From: Octopus sinensis | Taxonomy: Eukaryota | Assembly: GCF_006345805.1 (NCBI RefSeq) | Contig: NC_043013.1 | Location: 24,986,001-25,050,000, forward strand | DNA: 64,000 nucleotides | Reading direction: 5' to 3' | Shown: positions 39,645 through 51,780 of the stretch, in pieces | Layout: every line of letters starts with the position of its first letter | Position numbering within the stretch: the first letter of the stretch is position 1 | Made by a program: the position numbers and the translations under genes | The notes under the pieces: model-generated | Database searches by the model: none | Told to the model about the DNA's origin: nothing | The model's input: the letters and a program-made list of their open reading frames with translations, nothing else

Positions 39645-41643
39645 TACATACATACAAGGGGTTTCTTTCAGTCTTTCAGTTTCCGTCTACCAAATCCAGT
39701 CACAAGGCTTTAGTTGGCCTGAGATTATAGTAGAAAACACTTGCCCAAGGTGCCATGCAGTGGGACTGAACCTGGAACCATAAGGCTGGGAAAGCAACCT
39801 TCTTACCACACAGCCTATAATAAATAAAACTAAATACCAATCCAGATTTAAAACCTGGATCACACACAAGGTGTAGGCCCAAATTACACATTAGAGGTAT
39901 TTAATAAATCACCAACAAAAAAGCAAAATATTTTAAACCGTGACAGGTTAAATACCTGAACAAAGTAAATATTTCAAATGACCAGGAGATAAGTGTTTAT
40001 GTGAGTGCGTGTGTGTCGCGCACACTCACAGAAAGGGTTTGTATGTACGTGGGTGTGATAAATGTGTCTGTGAAATTACTTGTGCCTTATTTCCGTTTGT
40101 CTCTGATGTGACAATAACTTAGCATTTTTCTATCTAATTAATCAATTTATTTAAATACACATCATTATCCTCACATTTTTCCTTCGCAGTCACACTTTCC
40201 CAATAAGGGAATCTCATTCAACATTGCTAGAAATAAGAACCAAGTTTCCCTCAAACAGTGTCTTCACTTCACATAAATGCCTTTTATAACAGATCTTACT
40301 TAGTCAAGGCTAACCTAACAGGCCAAACGACAATATTTATTGAACCAAGCTAGAAATAATTGTCAATTCTTCTATGAATCCTACTGTCTTAAAGTTAGAA
40401 GGACACATCTGAACAAAAGAGAAAAAGACAAGTTGGAATGCCTTTGATTACAGACCCTTATAACCACAGCTGGCATAAACAACAACTATTTGATTTTATT
40501 AAAATCTAGTTTAGCTGTTGCATCTGCTATCATAACTCTTCTTCCTATTTCCCCTAATTTATTCATCCATATTCTCTGACCACCAATCCTGGGAGGGTCA
40601 TGGTGCCTGGAATGAAAGCCATCACTAAAAGGGGTTTGGAGAAACAACCCTACTGCATCATCTGTCTCACAGGTTAACAAGGAATGCATTTACTCTTTTA
40701 CTTGTTTCAGTCATTTGACTGTGGCCATGCTGGAGCACCGCCTTGGACAGTAAAGAGAAAGAGTTCCATCTGAAAAATATATTGCAGTCTTCACCCACTG
40801 CTGGTACAACCAGCAATAAGCTTGCAATCTGTTCTGGGTGGTTTGGGGTGGGAGCACAAAGTATGTATCCCTTCTCATATATAATTTACTTATTTTCCCT
40901 TAATTCTTTATGGTTTTTTTTTTTTTTTGGCTTTTTTCTCTTTTTAATCTAATCATGACTCATAAGCAAACACTTCTCTATTCAACCCTAACTGCTAGAA
41001 ATGGAAAATAATTCCCAGAAGATTTCTGAAAGCAGGTTTTAACACTGAGAAACTGTCCTCTGATATTCATTTTATTATTTAGCTTCATTGATTTGCTTCC
41101 TCTAAATTAATCACAGCATTTCATCCAACACCACTTGCATACTTTTAGATTTTATGTGAGAAAGCAAACTTTTCAAAATAGTCTCTAGCTTTAACACCAA
41201 AATACCTACGTCTGAATAATTATAAAAATACACAAGCCTTCATTCCAAAATTAAATCAAATTTTCCTCTATCTAAATTGTATTATTCATCAAGGTAGATT
41301 TTCTACAAGTGTCCATCCTGTTGCCACTCCCCACCAGGTTCCAATCAATCTACTGAATCCTATAACTAAGCTATCTATCAATATATATTTATTATTTATT
41401 ATTTATTATTTATTATTATTCTGATCCCCCTAGTCGCCACTCTGTTTACTATTTCAGCCTCGCCTCGTTTTTGCATATTCTGTATAATTCACTAGTTATC
41501 GTTATAGATATTTAAGATCTATCTCCCTTACAGGGCTGATAGAAATTGGCTGCCGATTCTTCGCGGCGCGCCCGCCCTACCCACCCCCACCACCAATACC
41601 GGATATCTCTATTTTGCTCCAACTATACCGGATGTCGTTTCTC

Positions 41644-41990
41644 CCACCACCTTTATAGGTGTCTACTCTTTGAACCCCCCTCTTCAATACGCTATTTCAC
41701 CATGCATTACCCCTCTCTCGATATCCTACGTTCTACTTGCCTAGAACCTGTCCTCTGAACCACCCCTCCCACTGGTGCTCCCCTATATTTCTGCACCCCC
41801 CCACTGGTGCTCCCCTATATTTCTGCACCCCCCCACCACCATTATAGGTGTCTACTCTTTGAAGCCCCCTCTTCAATACGCTATTTCACCATGCATTACC
41901 CCTCTCTCGATATCCTACGTTCTACTTGCCTAGTACCTGTCCTCTGAACCACCCCTCCCACTGGTGCTCCCCTATATTTCTGCACCACCC
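41644..41990. repeat. Near-identical direct duplication (about 189-bp period) with a short internal subrepeat
   Basis: CCACCA(C)C(T/A)TTATAGGTGTCTACTC...CTATATTTCTGCACC occurs at about 41644 and 41833; CCACTGGTGCTCCCCTATATTTCTGCACCCCC occurs three times. Confidence 0.95.
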
Positions 41991-41994
41991 CCAT

Positions 41995-42234
41995 AAAAAG
42001 CACCATCCGAACGTGGCCGATGCCAGACCCCTCTGGCACCTGTGCAGGTGGCACGTAAAAAACACCCACTACACTCGCGGAGTGGTTGGCGTTAGGAAGG
42101 GCATCCAGCTGTAGAAACACTGCCAGACTAGACTGGAGCCTGGGGCAGTCCCGAGCTCCCCAGACCCCGGTCGAAACCGTCCAACCCGTGCTAGCGTGGA
42201 AAACGGACGTTAAATGATGATGATGATGATGATG
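41995..42234 (+). mobile_element. Retroposon family B ((ATG)n tail), young copy
   Basis: GTGGCACGTAAAAA...GTGGTTGGCGTTAGGAAGGGCATCCAGCTGTAGAAAC...CGGACGTTAAATGATGATG. Other copies at 1540-1880, 3170-3390, 21470-21800, 25727-26020, 36975-37345, 39256-39580, 42385-42780, 52270-52730, 62520-62850. No tRNA head seen. Confidence 0.85.
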
Positions 42235-42253
42235 ATATATTTGGAGAGAAGAA

Positions 42254-42373
42254 TTTTTCTCAAAGAGTTAAGATTGAGAAAAGACCCTTTTCAGAAAGTT
42301 GAAAGACACTAAGGTTAGTGTCTTTCAACTTTCTAAAAAGATTCTTTTCTCAATCTTAACTCTTTGAGAAAAA
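42254..42373. repeat. Near-perfect inverted repeat (59-bp arms, 2-nt centre)
   Basis: 42254-42312 is the reverse complement of 42315-42373 except at three positions (42285/42342, 42286/42341, 42292/42335). Confidence 0.97.
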
Positions 42374-42778
42374 ATCAAATTCGATGACTGGCGTCCGTGC
42401 TAGCAGGGTGCGAAGAGCACCATACGAGCGTGATCATTGACAAAGCGGCTAACCGGCTTCCGTGCCAGTGGCACTTAAAGGGCACCATTCGAGCATGATC
42501 GTAACCGAAGTCGCCTTACTGGCACCTGTGCTAGTGGCATCTGTAAAAGGATTCAAGCGAGGTCGTTGCCAGTACTACCTGACTGGCCCCCGTGCCGGTG
42601 ACACGTAAAAAGCACCCACTACACTCTCAGAGTGGTTGGCATTAGGAAGGGCATCCAGCTGTAGAAACTCTGCCAAATCAAGATTGGAGCCTGGTGCAGC
42701 CATCTGGTTCGCCAGCCCGCAGTCAAAATCGTCCAACCCATGCTAGCATGGAAAGCAGACGTTAAACGATGATGATGA

Positions 42779-42833
<55 letters not shown>

Positions 42834-44687
42834 TCTATATACATACATATATCATCATCATCCTCATCATGCCTTCCATGCTGGCATGGGTGGGATGGTT
42901 TGACAGGAGCCGGACAGGCAGAAGCCTGCACCAGACTTCTGTGACAGTTTTGGCAAGATTTTTATAGCTGGATGCCCTTCCTAACATCAACCACTCAGCA
43001 ACATCCACTTTTCCATGCTTGTATGAACTGGATGGAGTTTATTAGGACAGGTTTTCCACAGCCAGACACCCTTGCTGTTGGCAAGCCTTACCCATTTCCA
43101 AACATGCTAATATCTCACCATGATCAGACAGGTTCTCACAGAAAAAAATAATACTGTTTGTACAACAATGACAACTATTTTACAACCAACACAAGGTCAA
43201 GATGAGGAGTCACACACACACATGCATGCACATACATGCACACGCATGCATACACAGACACACACGTACATTTGACTGGCTTCTTCCAGTTTCCATCTAC
43301 CAAATCCACTCAAAAGGCTTTGGTTGGCCTGCTGTTACAATAGAAGACATTTATTCAAAGTTCCACACTGTGAGACTGAACCCAGAACCATGTGGTTGGA
43401 AAGCAGACTTCTTACCAAACCTAAATATTTTTGCGCTTTATCATCATAGCAACCCTTATCGATTGAACTCAAGGTAAAATGCCAAAAAAAAAGAAAAAGA
43501 AAAACAGTGACCTCAGGTTGGTTTGAACTCAGAAAGTTATGTCTCTTAATATTCTCAGTTTTGTGGTACAACTATCCTAAAAGTACTTCATAAATGTGTG
43601 AAGAGTCTGCTGATATGCAGGTCTTGTCAAGTTAACAGGATTATGTATTATCTGTAACAAGATTTTGTTCAATCAGTCTGATTAAGTTGTCTGATTAACG
43701 ATTTTAATTACTTTCATATCGCTTTCAATCTTTAGCATCAATTTTCATTCATCCATAGAGCAGGAAGGTCTGCAACTGGAGTTTGTACGCAAGGTTTTGG
43801 GTGTGTGTTGGCAAGTCTAAATAAGTTCGTTTTGTTCTGATTAGAACTGGAGTAAGGTGCTAATTAGCATGATTGTTTTTTGGTGGGGAGAGGGTCATTT
43901 CCTGCAGGACAGGTCAGTCTGAATAACTAATTTGTGAACTAAATGCAAGCATGGCTGTGCTGTAAGAAGCATGTTTCCCAACCACATAGTTCTGGGTTCA
44001 ATCTCACTGCATAGCACTCTGAGCACGTGTTTTCTATTACAGCCTCAGGCTGACCAAAGTGGATTCGGTAGATGGAAACGAAAAGCTCATTGCCTATGTG
44101 TGTGTCTGTGTTTGTCCCCCACCACTGATGTTGGTGTGATTACAGTCTCATAACATAGCAGTTCAGCAAAAGAGAATGATAGAATAAATGCCAATCTTAA
44201 AAAAAAAGTACTTGGGTCAATTCATTCAACTAAAAACTCTTCAAGCCAGCACTCCAGCATGGCCACAGTCTAATGACTACAACAAGAAAAAGATAGTTAA
44301 CAACTACGGTTAAAGGTTCAGAAATGAAATAAGCAAACAGATCAATTCAAGAAGCATGAAAAAACATAAAATGTTGATTATTGTGAAAATGACCAACTCT
44401 TCTACAATTGATCTTGGTCAATGCAGAATTAACAAGTATTGTTCTTTCTTTCTTTTTTTTTTTTTTTGCTTAAATATTTGCCAGTGTTAGGATTAAAGTA
44501 CCCCATGTAAAAGGTACTTGTGCCAGCACCACATACATAAAATGCATGCAGTACAATCTGGGAAGTGGTTGGCATTTGGAAGGGCATCCAGTCATAGAAA
44601 CCAAACCAGAACAGACAAATGGTGCAGTCTTCTGACTTGCCAGCTCCTGTCAAGCCTTCCAACCCATGCCAGCATAGAAAACGGACA

Positions 44688-44916
44688 TTAACCCTTTCGA
44701 TACCAATCAGGCTGAAACCGCCTCTGGCTCTGAATACAAATGTCTTGTTTTCATAAGTTCTGTATTAAAATCTTCCACAAAACCTTAGTCACAATTTATG
44801 TTCCTAACACGAGCTTAATAATAACTAAGTCATTTTACTAAATTCTTTGTTATATTTAAAATTAATTGAAAGAAACACAGAGCATCTCAACAGAAATACG
44901 ATAATGAAAGGGTTCA
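44688..44916 (+). mobile_element. piggyBac-type MITE, family 1, inserted in a SINE tail
   Basis: TTAACCCTTTCGATACCA ... GATAATGAAAGGGTTCA; interrupts the CGGAC(G/A)TTAA-ATGATG tail of a family B element. Confidence 0.8.
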
Positions 44917-46474
44917 ATGATGATGTTGACCCGACTTTCTGGTTTGAAACACACACATTTGTCAAACACCCAACAGATTGTCACCCTGTTACTAGTGATA
45001 TGCTTGTGTCAAAGATGAGCAGCTCATTAACTTAATCTCATGAAATTTAATCGAAGAAAACTAAAGAACCAAAGACATGTTAACATTTGGTTTTACATAA
45101 ACTAAGACATTGGTTGTCGACATCACAGGAATTTCATGAACTTTCAAAACAACATGAAATAATTCTGTTATAGAACAGTGAATCTTGAAGCAGATAGGGC
45201 TTTAAATAACAGCATGTAAATTATTACATGATTGTGGACAGAAACTGATTATGGATAGAAAAAGTCGAAGGCTGCATGTGGAACTCTAAATCATGACATG
45301 TGTGCAGGGGATGTGAGTTCAAGTTCTACATACAGCCTTTGACGTTTTCTATCCCAAAAGGGATTTTCAATCCAATAATTACATTCAATTATTTATAGTA
45401 AGGCAATGAGATAGCAGAATCGTTAGCATGCCAGGCAAAATACTTAGTGGTATTTCGTGCATCTTTATAGTCTAAATTCAAATTCCACCAAGGCTGACTT
45501 GTCCTTTCATCTTTTCAGGGTCAAACACTGAGACCGATGTAGTTGACTGGTCCTTTCCTCAAAAAACTTTAAGGCCATGTGTTTGTAGTAGAAAAAATTA
45601 ATTATAGCTTTAAATATGCATCAAGACCCACTCCAACTAAGATGTTACAGTTTATGATGAAGAATAAAAGAGGGGAGGATTAAGATTAGTGTACCATATA
45701 CAAGTCTGTCTGTCTCACAAGATATTTAACAATGTAAGAGAAGTGACCCCAAATTAGGTCACAGCTTGCTGCTGGAACAAGCTCATTGCACACGGCATAT
45801 GACACCTACCTGTAGTTTAAAGTTAAATTTAATGTGAGAATGAAATCCAGTGGATGATGTTATTAAAAATAACCTATTCGGAAAACTAAACAATTTTTTT
45901 TTTGCAGATTCATTTAAAAGTAGAATAATTCATTGACCAACTTATCTGAATGTCACACCATTTTGAAAACAGTTGAAACTATAAAATGGAGTTGGGGTGC
46001 TTCATACGAGATTACTTATCAAACAAACTTTGCTAGTTACTTTGTATTCATTTTATCACACATAAAATGTCAAGGAAATTTCACCCTTTCAACAGTTGAT
46101 TCAGCAATATGGAGGAGAGGTAGTAGTTTGTATATTATGCTATTAGATATATATATATGTGAGTGTAATTAAGTTTGGATAAGAATTTGAGACAAACCAC
46201 ATGCATTAAAAGCATTTAGTTGAAATTGTCGATGGTAAAATTAGTCCCACCTTATGTTTTATTATTATCTTTTTTTTATCAATTTTAAAAGTTGAGTGAA
46301 TAACTAAATAATCAGGATTTTTTAATGTCTTGCTATATTAAGTGGCTGGAAATGATAAGTCTTTCCTTTCTATTAATATAAATGTTACTCTTATCTCTTT
46401 CATATAAATATAAATATGTGTGTGTGTGTGTGTGTGTGTGTATTGCTTGTCTATACAAGTGTGTATGTATATAA

Positions 46475-46521
<47 letters not shown>

Positions 46522-46597
46522 ATATACTATGTGTACCCATGCCAGCTTGGAAGGCAGACATTAAACAATGATGATGATGTGTGTGAGTGTATATATA

Positions 46598-46651
<54 letters not shown>

Positions 46652-46720
46652 ATGTGGGGGGTGTATATGTATGCATATATATATATATGTGTGTGTGTGT
46701 ATGTGGGGGGTGTATATGTA

Positions 46721-46768
<48 letters not shown>

Positions 46769-47440
46769 AATGTCATTCCTCTTTCCATAGGTCATTTTCC
46801 TTTCCAAACTTCAACACAAAACAATAGAGTTTCAGATTGAATATTTCAACACTGAGTTAATGTGCCATTTAACCCATGAACAAAATATCAAAGAGTGTCA
46901 GCTATTTTCATTGACTCCAACACTTATTACAAACCTCATGCGGGGAGAGGAGAACAGTTAGCCTTAGTTTTGATTACTGTTCATGATTTCAAGCTTTGTT
47001 AGAAGCACTGCAAACCATCTAAACACTGTTTACTTCATTCCTTATTAATTGAGAAAGTAAAATATATAAATACACACACACACACATGCTAAACATCAAT
47101 AAAGCACTTGAAAAAGGAATAAAATGGTAAAAGGTACATAATAATACTGTTCCTTATTCTGGCAAAAGGACAGGAATTTGGAGGAAAAGAACAGTCAATT
47201 AAACTAAGTCCAGTTCAAGATTGTATTGTATTTTATTGACTTTGCCAGAAGGGTCAAAGGCAAAGTTGACATTGGCAGAGTTTGAACTCAGAAAGTAAAT
47301 AAAAAAATTTTTTTTTTGAAACTTTAATGATTCTACTTGTAGTATTCTAAAACAATAAATAAAATAAAAATTCGTTATTAGCAACAGAATTAGCATTGGT
47401 TCAGAATAGCATTTTCTGGTTTTTGATAATGTATTCCACA

Positions 47441-47765
47441 TTAACCCCTTCCCTGGCAACTTTTTTTGAGAAAACATTCCATTTACGGACGAATTTTTTT
47501 GTTGCTTTTGTTTATAGTTGCATATCTCATCTGACGTATCCAATCATCTAATAGAAGGTTCATTCTCAAGGTCATCATCTGAGCTCGACATCTGGGTGTA
47601 ATTTGTACAAAAAATTAAAAACAAGAAATGCCAAGAATTGACATATAAACTCATCTGTGGCTGTTCATGAAATTATATGTTTTGGACGAGTTTACTCGTT
47701 GCACTCTGAAAATGACAAATTGGGTGAAGACAACCTTAACTCGTCTTTGCTGGGTTAGGGGTTAA
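47441..47765 (-). mobile_element. Internally deleted piggyBac element
   Basis: TTAA at both ends (47441-47444, 47762-47765); imperfect TIRs CCCCTTCCCTGGCAA / TTGCTGGGTTAGGGG; subterminal GACGAGTTTACTCGT. Minus-strand ATG 47591 reads MSSSDDDLENEPSIR*LDTSDE, like an acidic transposase N-terminus. Confidence 0.75.
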
Positions 47766-47920
47766 GCGAGACAAACACAACGCTAACCTGAACCACTACT
47801 GCTTCCACTGCTAATAAAGAATTTTTGCTCAGTCTGCCAGTTATTTACAACACCAGTGATTGATTAATCAGTTTTTCAATATCAGTAGTGGCTACATTTC
47901 TCTAAGAATGTGGCTCATAC

Positions 47921-47966
47921 TTGCTACTGATGACGTGCAATGTTGCAGAAATCCCAGGTTTAGCAA
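47921..47966 (+). ncRNA. Type I hammerhead ribozyme motif, canonical core
   Basis: TTGCTA / CTGATGA / CG / TGCAA-TG-TTGCA / GAAA-TCCCAG-GTT / TAGCAA. Perfect 6-bp stem I, 5-bp stem II, short stem III, GUU triplet. Confidence 0.7.
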
Positions 47967-49873
47967 TTCCACTACCACTGTGGGATGCTTTTCATCTGCT
48001 AATGATTCACTTCTGGGCTTTTTAGCCCTATATGTAAACAGGAGAAGCTTTCTCAAATCAAGTTCTACAGTTTTGTGGCTGTTGATGGTATACCCTTGTT
48101 AGATAAGATGTATAGATTGCCATATAAAATATAAATAATTCCTTATATGAGGAAAAGAACTCCATTCCCTTTAAAAGATATCTCAGGTAAATTATTAATC
48201 AATTGATAAATACATAACATCACTGATACCATGTAAAAAAATCATCCAGTCCACACTGTAAAGTGGTTGGCATTTGGAAGGACATCCAGCTGTAAAACCT
48301 TTGCCAAAACTGATCTTGCCTATGCTTGTATCATGTAAAAAGCACTCAGGCCACTGTGCTGGGTAGTTGGTGTTAGGAAGGGCATCTGGCTATAAAAACC
48401 ATGCCTAAACAGACACAGTAACCTGGTGCAGGCTTCTGCTTGGCTGGTTCCTGTCAAACCGTCCAAACCATGCCAGTATGGAAGGCGGACAACAATGGTG
48501 ATGATGTTCTTAAATTACTACCTCTTGTTAGAATTGTTCATTTTGACAATTTTAAAACACAGTAGTAATACAATTGAAATGATTCTACCAAGATGCAATA
48601 CTATACAAAATCTCAGCTTTAACTCTCTTGCCAAACAAACAATGATATAGTATCAAATTATTTTGTTGTTCTCCACTTCCAAAGCTGCTGAATCAGGGAG
48701 TATGCTAGCAGACTCAAAAGATGGGCATTAATTCATATCTCACACAAAGCAGCCAAACAGATAAATCAAAAGCTGAGGAAACCCATTCAAATGTAAACAG
48801 CGATGCCAGACATCACTGGCTAAATTAATAACAAGACTTTATTGAAAACCTATAAACAATATTTTGAGAAGTCCAAGCATTAAATTACTTGTAAAATAGG
48901 TTTTAGAAAGCAAAACTGATCAAAAGATAAATATCAATTTCCTTCTTTTTTTTTTTTTTCTATTGTTTCAGTCATTGGACTGTGGCCATACTGGGGCACC
49001 AACTTGAAGTGCTTAGTCAAACAAATCAAAACCAGTACTTGTTTTTTTTTTTAAAGTCTGACACATTCTATCAGTCACTCTTACTGAACCGTTAAGTTAT
49101 GTGAACATAAACAAACCAACAATGGTTGTCAAGCAGTGGAGGGGCACAAACATAAACACACACAACAGGCTTCTGCACAGTTTCCATCTACCAAATTTAC
49201 TCAAAAGGCATTTGCTGGCCCAGGACTACAGCAGAAGATACATGCCCAAGGTGCTGTGTAGTGAGATTGAACATAAAAAAACATGGTTACAAAACAAGAT
49301 TCTTAACCATACAGCCATGCTTGGGTCTAAGGAAATTTGACTTCGGTCATTTTCCTGACGTCTTCACTTTATTTACTGGAAACCACTTTATCTTTGACTT
49401 CAGTCATTAGATTGTGGCCATGCTGGGGCACCTCCTTGAAGAATATTTAATCAAATGAATCAACCCCCACCCCCCAGGACTTATTTTTACATTTAAACTT
49501 GGTACTTATTCCATTGGTCTCCTTTTACTGAACTGCTAAGTAAGGGAGACATAAATAAACCAACACTAGTTGTCAAGTGGTGGTGGTGGTGGAGGAGGAC
49601 AAAGAGACACAAGCACACACAACGGGTTTTTTTCAGTTTCCATCTACTAAATCCACTCACAAAGCTTTGGTCAGTCCAAGGCTATTGTAGTAGGCATTTG
49701 CCCAAGGTGCCATGCAGTGGGACTGAACCTGGAGCCATGTGTTTGGGAAGCAAACTTCTTGCCACACAGCCATGCTGACACCTATATGTAACAGAAAACT
49801 TTCATTCTGATAGTTTTCTTTTTATTAACTTCCTGGGAGTGCCAATGGTTAAGCTGATGGTGTTCTGGACGAC

Positions 49874-49931
49874 CAGCAGTTCATATCCCTCTGTCAATGG
49901 CACAGCAGTTCATATCCCTCTGTCAATGGCA
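49874..49931. repeat. Perfect 29-bp tandem duplication
   Basis: CAGCAGTTCATATCCCTCTGTCAATGGCA x2. Confidence 0.95.
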
Positions 49932-51099
49932 CTGTGCTGTTTGTTTGGATCACACACTAAACTCTCAACAAGCCAAGACATCTAGCTCTAAGCAGATACC
50001 ATGAAGCAGAGTACTTTACCACCACAAACAGCAAACAGTGGTAGCACTATAAAAATGACAAGTGTTAGCTCAGAATGGATGGGAGCCATCTCAAAGAGCA
50101 GACGGATAAAACACTGGACCAGTAACCCATCCACAGAGGTGCAGAAACAAGTTCAAAGAATTTCAACAGGACTAAATCTGTTGCAAATTGCTTGGAAGAT
50201 GGAATTACATCTAAAATTTTTTTAATATGTAATAGAGGTAAGTGGATACTGCTTATATTCAAGGATGTTTACAAAAATTAATCAGAGTTGCTAGATTGCG
50301 CAGCAAGTAGCAGATAATATTGTTTTGCAAAACAGCATTTTTTTTTTTTTTAAATTGGGTTATTTGCAGTTAGAAAATTTTTATTTTTGAAAGGTTAGAA
50401 TCTTGATGAATATTACAGCAAATTACCAAAGTAAATTAAAAAATACAAGCAATCCTCATATACATTTTTGAAACTTATTTTGGAATAATTTCCAGCCCAG
50501 TCCACTACTTTTTGAAAATGTTTAGTTCCAAGAAGTTGATCTGATAACCATGTAGTTATTTTACTGAAATTAGTAGGTCCCAAAAACTTTAAAACTAATT
50601 AAATATAGTGTGATAAAATCAATACTCTGGATATTATCAAAATTTTTAGTAAAACAAGTACATAACTGCTACTTTCACTTGTCTATAATTCTTACCACGC
50701 CTGTCCAGCCTGATGACACACTAACAACAGAGAAGGAATTGTTCGTTGCCTTTCTCACTATATTACTTTTAATTTTGAAAATAATGAAGATTTTCCTAAA
50801 ATTATTGTCATTATTAAATTAGTGCTTAGAACATACGTTAAATATAAAAATTTGATAGAAGGTTTAAACGTAGAGGAAGTTTGTTTCGTAGAAGCAGGAG
50901 TGGTTTCAGGTAGGTTCAGATCAAAAGAGCTAAAGGAAGTTGAATCAGGTATGAACTATTTTTCTCATAAATTACTGCAATACTTTTGGAATGTCCAGAA
51001 AAACAGGTTCGGGCAATCCTCTCTTTGCTTTTATTTATGTTACTGGTTGAGGCCATACTGGAGCACCACTTTTCAGAATGATTGGATTTCTTTGCTGTA

Positions 51100-51300
51100 C
51101 TGATTTTGGTGAAGTAGCGGAGCTGCTCTTTTGTGTGCCTCTTCCCATGATATGGGTTCATCTGGTATTTCAGATAAAAATTTGTCCAAACATTCTTTGA
51201 AGACTTCCAAGCCTACACCTCGCAAATCTCTGAAGCTTTTTTGACAGAATGTTAAATAGCTTTGGATCTCTGAAACCCAAGCTGCAGGTCTGGATAATTT
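51100..51300 (-). mobile_element. 3' fragment of a CR1/L2-group LINE
   Basis: FRDPKLFNILSKK [frameshift] RDLRGVGLEVFKECLDKFLSEIPDEP matches the GPxLFNxLP...FKxxLDxFLxxxPDxP C-terminus. Confidence 0.7.
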
Positions 51301-51605
51301 CTTTTAAAAAGTAATCCAAGAACTTATTAATTCTACTGTTTTTTCTTCAGATAATTCAGATGATCTTCCTGCTTAAGAAATTAGTTCTAAAAATTTGGAA
51401 GCAACAATTATTTCCTTCTCCTCCACCACCCTGCTCTCCATCATCATCATCATTAAAGGTCCATCTTTCATACTGGTATGGGTTGCACAGTTTGACAGGG
51501 GCTGGTAAGCCAGAGAGCTGCACCAGGTTCCAATAGTCTGTTTTGATATTGTTTCTACAGGTGAAAGCCCTTCCTCATGCCAACCACTTTTAAAGACAGT
51601 ACTGA

Positions 51606-51780
51606 GTGCTTTTTATGTGAAACCAGCATAGGTACTTTTTATGTGGCACCAGCATGGGTGCTTTTCACGTGGCACCAGCATGGGTGCTTTTCATGTGGCA
51701 CCAGCATGGGTGCTTTTCATGTGGCACCAGCATGGGTGTTTCTCATGTGGAAACAGCATGGGTGCTTTCCATGTGGAAAC
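51606..51780 (-). repeat. 26-bp minisatellite, about 6 copies
   Basis: Unit ACCAGCATGGGTGCTTTTCATGTGGC; reverse complement is almost the same 26-mer as at 693-935. Confidence 0.9.
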
